NCBI GenBank assembly: GCA_951406725.2
Contig: OX597824.1
Coordinates: forward strand, 12,462,001 to 12,526,000
Source: Octopus vulgaris
Taxonomy: Eukaryota
DNA: 64,000 nucleotides
Reading direction: 5' to 3'
This document shows, one piece after another, positions 56,450 through 64,000 of the stretch. Each line of letters opens with the position of its first letter. Within the stretch, counting starts at the first letter, position 1. The translations under genes were made by a program, and so were the position numbers. The notes beneath the pieces were generated by a model. The model had not been told where the DNA came from. It made no database searches and saw only the letters and a list, made by a program, of their open reading frames with translations.

Positions 56450-57333
56450 ATATGATACAATATAAATTCATGTTTTCCTAGAATGATACAAGCTTCTAGA
56501 AAATGTGTTGGCATTACCAAAGAATAGAGAACAACATCTTAAAAGAAAGGGAGATAAGCTCAAAGAACAAGAATTCTCCATGTATACACCCAAACATACG
56601 CATTCACACACCCACTTATATATACACACACACACTCACATACACACATTCTTTTATTCTCACATTATTTTACTTGTCTCAGACAGTTGATTGCGGCCAT
56701 GCAAGAGCACCACTTTGAAGGGTGCTTTAGTCAAATAAATCAAACACAGGACTTATTTCTTAAGCCTAGTACTTATTCTATTGAAGTCTTTTGCCGAACC
56801 GCTAAGTGACGCGGACGTAAACACACCAGCATCGGTTGTCGAGTTATGATGGATACACAAACACACACACAGACATACGCACTCAAACATATACATACAC
56901 ACGACGGGCTTCTTTCAGTTTCCGTCTACCAAATCCACTCACAACGCTTTGGTTGGCCCGAGGTTATAGCAGAAGACTCTAATCCAAGTGCTACGCAGTG
57001 GGACTGAACATGGAACAATGTGGTTGGTAAGTAAACTTCTTACCACACAACAAACACAAACACAAACATACACACCCATATATTTCTGGATCTGTACTGC
57101 TACTCACCTTTTACCAAATATGATATTGTATATGATACTCGAAGTGAAGAGTGGCAACTGTTTATTCAAGGAGAACGGTTTACCATTTTGAGATTGAAAA
57201 GCTTCGCCTAATCTCTGGGTTTCTAAAGATATCTTTTCTTCCAGAACTTTTTTGCCTACTCCTAGATCCCGAAGTGCTGACATGGTAAACTTTCTCTGGT
57301 CTTTCCATTGTTTTCCAGAACTAAAAGCGATAC
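45058..57333 (-). CDS. Cytochrome P450 clan 2, copy B (inverted paralog); exons 2-8 present, exon 1 not in window
   Basis: Exons 57333-57108, 54227-54101, 52211-52055, 49700-49564, 46838-46742, 46215-46009 and 45236-45058 have the same lengths as in copy A. Splice sites are intact, with no stops or frameshifts. Heme motif FGSGPRMCPG. Confidence 0.9.
46009..46215 (-). CDS. CYP copy B exon 7
   Basis: ASVTIPH...GYDIPKDAL...DPNYWDKPEEFRPERW...FLPFGSG. Confidence 0.92.
46742..46838 (-). CDS. CYP copy B exon 6
   Basis: ITNQTRPVTMEDKPHMTYVAATLFEVHRFGTI. Confidence 0.9.
47110..47780 (+). mobile_element. Degenerate Penelope-like RT fragment (mirror of 30560-31200)
   Basis: IVSCDIRKLYTTIPHQYGLEGISFWLEKF; GTAMGAKVAP. 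Confidence 0.75.
49564..49700 (-). CDS. CYP copy B exon 5
   Basis: ENLFHTICDLFLAGTDTTASHLTWAFLCMAKYTDVQEKCREEIVQ. Confidence 0.92.
50384..50682 (+). mobile_element. Penelope-type end in CYP-B intron 4: 108-bp spacerless palindrome, hammerhead, tail, (TA)n
   Basis: Palindrome 50384-50491 centred on tacccatgggta; tail ttcggcatatttggcatt also present reversed at ~20041-20120. Confidence 0.7.
50478..50530 (+). ncRNA. Type I hammerhead ribozyme motif
   Basis: TATCA-CTGACGA-AGGG..GGTTC-TCAC-GAACT..CCCT-GAAATCGGTC-CGATA; one mismatch in stem I next to the core. Confidence 0.65.
52055..52211 (-). CDS. CYP copy B exon 4
   Basis: Mirror of 25942-26098; YVRNK instead of YVKDK. Confidence 0.9.
52686..52855 (+). 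mobile_element. R4/Dong-like LINE fragment (mirror of 25246-25415)
   Basis: LDRKFRKLLT...DRLYLPRAQGGRGLIQLE. Confidence 0.75.
52856..53830 (-). mobile_element. Degenerate mariner (mirror of 24225-25245)
   Basis: Same motifs, including FHEDNARSH and PYLPDIVLSDYHL. Confidence 0.88.
54101..54227 (-). CDS. CYP copy B exon 3
   Basis: IKYSDSEFQEIVQHFQDVFKYISVFVPENFFPFIRFFRWNSS. Confidence 0.88.
54860..56080 (-). mobile_element. Degenerate Penelope-like RT + GIY-YIG (mirror of 22000-23200)
   Basis: AMGTRM, YGRYIDD, CTSSNVIYSITCSLCPSLYIGQ...RF.EHL. Confidence 0.85.
56665..57048 (-). mobile_element. SINE family 1, diverged; arm-B specific
   Basis: Reverse complement of the family consensus; absent at the mirrored point ~21810. 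Confidence 0.75.
57108..57333 (-). CDS. CYP copy B exon 2
   Basis: Reverse complement of 21543-21768; 3 aa changes, 1 silent change. Confidence 0.9.
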
Positions 57334-57795
57334 CTGAAACAATGAAGGTAAAAATAAGCGTTTCAAAATATCTTTTGTTTTGAAATATTTAAAACTGAGA
57401 AGAATATTTGAAAATATTAGAAACAATATCGAGATATTAAACATTTAGAGATTGTTTTGAATTCTTCGTTACGCATAGAATTTTTCAATTGTACAGAAAA
57501 AGAAATGGCTATGTGAGCCGTTGATAGGCTTTCATGATGCAGAATCATGACTTTCGAAGAGTTTAGCTGTTGCTAATAAATAAACGCCAAATTCTGTGAT
57601 TCGGAATATATACCAACGTTTTTACATAGAGTTGTATATTAACATCAGGTTATATAGGACAGATATACATACAACTATATTGAAATATCAATACATATAT
57701 ATGATGCTGCTCTGCAGAAATCAAATGAAAGACAGATTATTTAAACGTGCCAAATTAAAACGTGAATTGTATAGGTATATCAGAAAGGAAATATT

Positions 57796-57847
<52 letters not shown>

Positions 57848-57902
57848 TGGCGGTGCTCCAGCCTGGTCACAGCACGTGACCTGATACTAGATAGAAAAAA
57901 AC

Positions 57903-57950
<48 letters not shown>

Positions 57951-57953
<3 letters not shown>

Positions 57954-58480
57954 GTAGTAGTAGTAACAGAAAAGAGGAATTTCGCTTGTCCCCACGTGGT
58001 GGATTGTAATGTATATAAGAAATTAAAAATGGAAAATACGCACACTTACATGGTTATAGTATAATTTTTAATGTATCGACCGGTTTCGCAATCGCTATTC
58101 ATGATATAATGTTTAATTTATATGAACATATATTTTTTCTTAAGAAGAAATTGGGTCCATGTGTTTGTAATTCACGAGTGAATGATTTTACAAGTTGACA
58201 AGTAAAAGGAGGTTGTTATTATTGTTACTGTTGTGTGTAAGGGAGATAACTGTTTAGGTTTTGGGTTGGGAATAAATATGTGTACAGAAAGGAGACAGGT
58301 TTAAAAAAAAGGGGCCTTGTTTAGTAGGGGATTTATGTACAGTGATGTAATATGTAAAAATATAAAAATTGGTTATGCGTGCTTATTAAGACGCGTTTTG
58401 TATTTTTCAATGAAAAAAAAGTTTCTTTATTTAAGCGTTCTAGTTGAGAGATTGTGTCTTTGCTTTGCAAATTTGGGCCA
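57951..58480 (-). mobile_element. Possible Penelope-like 3' remnant
   Basis: Minus strand has an RLNKETFF.EKYKTRLNK-like end, a GCGAAACCGGTC half-hammerhead, a tail and (TA)n. Confidence 0.4.
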
Positions 58481-58509
58481 GTGGTTAGAAAGGGAAGACT
58501 TTAAATTTG

Positions 58510-58872
58510 GGCCAGTGGTTAGGGCAGCGGACTCGCGGTCATAGGATCGCGGATTCGATTCCCAGACCGGGCGTTGTGAGTGTTTATTGAGCGAAAACAC
58601 CTAAAGCTCCACGAGGCTCCGGCAGGGATGTTGGTGATCCCTGCTGTACTCTTTCACCACAACTTTCTCTCACTCTTACTTCCTGTTTCTGTTGTACCTG
58701 TATTTCAAAGGACCGGCCTTGTCACTCTCTGTGTCACGCTGAATATCCCCGAGAACTACGTTAAAGGTAGACGTGTCTGTGGAGTGCTCAGCCACTGACA
58801 CGTTAATTTCACGAGCAGGCTGTTCCGTTGATTCGGATCAACCGGAACCCTCATCGTCGTAACCGACGGAGT
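58510..58872 (+). mobile_element. SINE family 3 (tRNA-derived head)
   Basis: ggccagtggttaggg (A-box-like) ... ggattcgattccc (B-box-like); tail ggaaccctcatcgtcgtaaccgacgg. Confidence 0.7.
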
Positions 58873-58899
58873 GAATTAGAAGTATGTATGTGTATATGT

Positions 58900-59130
58900 A
58901 TTTCTTTACTACCCACTAGGAGCTAAACACAGAGGAGACAAACAAGGACAGACAAACGGATTAAGTCGATTACATCGACCCAAGTGCGTAACTGGTACTT
59001 AATTTATCGACCCTGGAAGGATGAAAGGCAAATCGACCTCGGCTGAATTTGAACTCGGAACGTAACGGCAGACTAAATACGGCAACGCACTTCGCCCGGC
59101 GTGCTAACGTTTCTGCCAGCTCGCCGCCTT
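58900..59130 (-). mobile_element. SINE family 2, full length
   Basis: Reverse complement of 4457-4691. Confidence 0.8.
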
Positions 59131-59695
59131 GTTTGTGTATATGCATGTGTATGTATGTATGTATGTATGTGCATATATATGTATGTGCATATATATATAT
59201 GTATGTGTGCACATATATGTGTATATATGCGTATATGTATGTATATATGTATATATGTATATATATACATGTATATATGTATATATGTATATATGCGTAT
59301 ATGTATGTATGTGTCCATGCATATATATGTGTATGTGCGTATTTATATATGTATGTGTATACGTGTGCATGTGTGTGTATGTATATATACGAGTGTGTAT
59401 GTATATATGTATATATATATGTATATGTATGTGCGTATATATGTATATATGTGTATATGTATATATGTATATATGTGTCTAGGAGTGTACATGTATATGG
59501 GTGTATCCATTTTACACATACATGTTTTTTTCTGTATATATGTTTACATCTAGTTGTTTTGATTATATACCTGTACATGTTTATTTATGTAGGTGCGTGT
59601 ATGTTGGTTTTTTTATGTGTATATGTTTGTATATTTATATCCATATGTGTATGCATGTATACATATGTATGTGTGTATATATATATTTGTGTATG

Positions 59696-59726
<31 letters not shown>

Positions 59727-59741
59727 ATGTATATATTTGTG

Positions 59742-59784
<43 letters not shown>

Positions 59785-60288
59785 CTATTATTTTTCATAT
59801 ACCTATGTGAGTATTTTTTTCCTGTACATACATCCATATATTTCTCGTGTGTAGTTCGTATGTATGTTGACAAAAAATAAATACAATAATCCATAAATTC
59901 AAAAGAAGAGGTCGTGAATAAAAAGGAAAAGAAATAAACAAGTAAAAGTGAACAGATAAAGTACATATTAGATAACATATCTTTGTGTCTTCAGAGTCGT
60001 ATATCTGTTGAAAGATAGTGTCTGCATTAAAGTCGTTTGGGTCGCTGTGACGGTACAACTTACCTGTTTAGTAACATCACACTGCTGTCTGTAGCCAAGA
60101 ATTGTTGGAGATTTACGGCACCGATTAATTTAGGAACGGGCTGCTAGTGAAAATATTAACTATGTTTACCTACTTTGCCTTTCATCCTTTCGGGGGTCGA
60201 TAAAAGAACTACAAATTGAACACTGGCGTCGATGTAATCGACTTACCCTCCTCCCACAAAGTGCTGGCCTTGTGTCAAAATTTGAAAC

Positions 60289-60348
<60 letters not shown>

Positions 60349-60859
60349 CGTTACCGCGTCGAGCATAATGCTTAGCGGAAATTCGTCTGTCTTGACGTTC
60401 TGAGTTCAAATTCCGCCAAGGTCAACCTTGCCTTTCATTCTTTCGAGGCCGATAAATTAAATGCCAGTGAAAGACTGCGGTCGATGTAATTGACTAGTCC
60501 TCTTCCCCAAAATTCAGGCCCTGTGCCTATATTATTATTATTATTAATATTATTGGGATAAAATATACGAAGCCCAGTATACCCACCATGACTACCCGCC
60601 TGATAAGGGTACACCAGGCACATGCATCACAAACATATGTGCGCGACATGGGTATCTCATATCAAGATAGTCAGCGCATGATCTTGCAGGTGGGTCCCAT
60701 CCCGCTCAAAAGGTCCTTGAAGAAAGGTTGTTTGAGGATGTTGAACGAAATACCCATGTTTCCAAAGAGGAATTATCCAAACCCCAAAGAATTCCTCTCA
60801 ACACACAGCTATGGTGCTCCCCCACTACTTCTACAGTTATCATCATCATCGACATAATT

Positions 60860-61099
<240 letters not shown>

Positions 61100-61345
61100 T
61101 GAGAGAGTTGTGCATGCCATCAATGTGACTACTCGTCTGATAAGGGCACACTAGGCACATGCATCACAATCATATGTGCGCAACATGGTAATCTCATATC
61201 AAGATAAACAGCACATGACTTTGCAGGTGAGGCCCAGTTAGAATTTTCTTCTGGTCGAGTAACCCATCCCACTTTTTTCTATACTTCTCATATTAATCTT
61301 TTCATCATTTGAGACTGTAGGGTCAATCATCTGACACTTTCTTAT

Positions 61346-61435
<90 letters not shown>

Positions 61436-61499
61436 ATACTACTACTACTACAACCTCCACCACCACCACCACCACACCACCACCACCACCACCACCACC

Positions 61500-63010
61500 A
61501 CCAAATCAGGCCTTCTAGCTTCTATTACTCTGTCAGTCTGAGTGTTAAAGTCCCAAAACATCTTATATTTCTTACTTTCTAGTACTTTACTAGGTTCGTG
61601 TTCCTACCATTTATCACTCATGTTCAAATCCTGGCTTTCTACATAGTTCCCAGTGGATTACTCTCCCTAGGTTGTCATGTCTTTTTTTTGTATTCTTCTA
61701 TGCTGGCATCCTAAATTTACTTACTATACGAGTAACGCTTTCCTCTTTGGATTTGCATAACCTACTCTGGGAACCTACTTTGTTTTGTCTATCTTGGCTT
61801 TTATCCAATTAGTCCTTAATTCTTGGTATTGTGCAGCTACTAAAAGACTTTCTGTCTCCCTCTTCAGCTTTCCTTTCTGCAGCCATAACCATGTCTCACT
61901 GCTACTATTTGCTGAAATTAGATAATTTCTGTTCTTTTTTCTGGTTTTTAAGTTCGTTTGGGTTTTTGGTTTCCCTATGTCTTGCAGCTTTTAATAAACT
62001 TTTTCCACTATTACCTACATAGAAATATATATCTACTCTAGCTAACTCTACGTAATCTTCTACTGATATTAGTCCTCTTCTACCTTCCTTTCTACGTAGG
62101 TGTAATCTTGCTACTCCTATCTCTGGGTGGAGTCCACCATTCATATTGAATTTCTATCCTAGTTCTTCTGTCTAACTTTGCTTATTCAGTTTTTGTCCAA
62201 TTTACAAAGGCTGCTGAGTATCCAAGTAATGATACTGCCCAAGTATTTCCAGCCTTCACTAGATTCAGACCATTTAGCTTTGACTTCTTTAGCTTCCTCA
62301 CCCTTCTAATGTCCTCCTTCTCAATTTTCGTTTTCATTTCTAAAGTTAGTACTCTGTCAGATTCTAATACTTCTAGATGCTTAGAACTCTCTCCTCCTTT
62401 CAATGATTTTAATATCTGGCCATCCTGTAATTGGATGCCTTCGCCGTTGACTACCTGTCCCCTTCTCATTTATCTATGCCAAATTCCATGCCTATATCAT
62501 TGCTGAAGAATCTTACAGTAAGTATTAAGGAATGTATCTCTTTTTCATTCTAACTAAAATGCTTCAGATCCTCCATGTAGAGCAAATGGTTAATTTTTCC
62601 ACTACTATTTCTGAACTGATACCCTGCTTTTGTCATCCTTAATACAAAACTGAGGGGTGGGGATCAAACGTAAGACAAATATTATAGAGGAACACATAAT
62701 AGATCATGTGTTCCTCTAGGCTTCTTCCTGCAACATTTCTGTTCTTCTGGCAGTAAATTCTGGTTGTCAATGCTTTCTATAAGTATTCCTGTTAACTGTT
62801 TTCGCACTAATGCTAAGCAAGTGAGTGGGCAATAGTTGCTAACTGCATTGCCCTTGCTCTTATCTTTCATGATAAGTATTTTCGTCCTTTTAGTCATCCA
62901 ATCTGATATTATTTCTCCATTAAGGTAATCCTGAAATTATTCCCTCAGCCGCCCATAAAAACTATTGAATTTCTTCAGTCAGTACCAAATCATTCTTTGA
63001 CTAAGTATCT
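61500..63010 (-). mobile_element. Degenerate R4/Dong-like LINE (RT, zinc-knuckle region, restriction-like endonuclease)
   Basis: NYCPLTCL, NHLLYMEDLK, KSKLNGLNLVKA.NTWAVSLL.YSA, LHP....RL.L.RKEG.RGLISVE, RHDNL, FWDFNTQTDRVIEARRPDL. Confidence 0.8.
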
Positions 63011-63239
63011 TTTCTCGAGGGAAGATTTGCATCTTGTGTTTCGTAACTTGTTTAGTTTTCAGGCTCCTCTTCTACCCAGATCTTGTTTTAAAGTCTTCAC
63101 TTTATTTTGTAGTCTCCTTTTCCACATTTGCACTTTTTAAATTTTTCTCCGTGAGATCACTGATCTTCTGTGGACTACTACCCCTCCTACATAAACCAGT
63201 AAATTAATGTACTTCTCAAGATTTTTACTCAATGTCCCC

Positions 63240-64000
63240 AGGGCTCAGACAACTATTGGTACTATTACGACTTTTTTCAGTGACCACAACTGCTTAGCCT
63301 CCCAAGCTAACCAGTCATATCTGTCGACTTTTCTTTCTTCCTGACCGCATACCTGGTTGTCAGCTTTATCTTCAACAGTCCTATGAAATTGTCCTTGCAT
63401 TATTGTCTTTATCAATCTATTTTCAGTGTCATTCGTTTCCAATTTCTTGTATAGTGCTTTAGCTTTGCAAACTTTCATCCTACACAAGACTGACCTCCTT
63501 ACTTCTAATAAATAATAACAGTTCTGTGACATTTTTTACATCCCATGCTATGTTATTTTTTTCTGCTCTAATGCTGTATTCGCATCAAATAAGTCCTCTT
63601 CCCCCTCTTTTTCTTTGTACATACAGTCTGTCTGTGTTACTTTTTGGGTGGAGTGACCCATATCTAGTTAACATCTTCCTTGTCTTTCTGTCTAGGATGT
63701 TTAGTTCGTCTACTGTCCATACTATTACCCCTGCTCCATATCTAAGGAGTGAAGCCGCCCAGGTGTTGATAGCCTCAATCTTATTCCGTCCGTTTAATTT
63801 CGACTTAAGGATCAGTCTCAGTCTGCGCAAGTATTCCACCTTAAATTTTTCTGCCATTTCTTTCTCCATCAATTTAGCCATTTCCAATATCCCAAAGAAC
63901 TTATAGCCCGTCTCTTCTATTTGCTTCATAACCTCCCCTGATGGTATCGCTAGCCCGTCCATACATTTAATTTTACCTCTCTTCAAGACTAGCACACCAC
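63240..64000 (-). mobile_element. Second R4/Dong-like LINE fragment, runs off the window
   Basis: LKSKLNGRNKIEAINTWAASLLRYGAG...LDRKTRKMLT..GSLHPKSNTDRLYVQRKRGGRGLI. Confidence 0.82.

Noticed and set aside
58510-58570. tRNA-like sequence
   Set aside because: No complete cloverleaf; it continues into a SINE body found elsewhere in the window

Overview
Microsatellite- and SINE-dense eukaryotic DNA. The SINE families look like those of octopus, which is an inference from the repeats only. Most of the ORF track is microsatellite noise. The main structure is a ~43 kb palindrome: arm A ~18.2-38.1 kb and arm B ~41.2-60.9 kb, with a ~3 kb spacer. It carries two convergent (tail-to-tail) copies of a clan-2 cytochrome P450. 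Copy A (+, 17255-33322) is complete, with 8 exons and 498 aa. Copy B (-, 45058-57333) has exons 2-8 open with intact splice sites, but its exon 1 is not in the window. By my manual count the two copies differ at 29 amino acids but only 6 silent sites, with many changes in predicted substrate-recognition regions and the heme loop. Arm-to-arm identity is patchy (spot checks ~98%, ~91%, ~80%), suggesting an old palindrome under gene conversion. The window also contains at least four sequence families of type-I hammerhead ribozyme motifs in (TA)n-embedded Penelope-like remnants, several with inverted copies and some inside CYP introns. Other repeats: autonomous Helitron remnants, non-autonomous Helitrons, mariner and R4/Dong-like LINE fragments, and three SINE families. 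All alignments and counts were done by eye.
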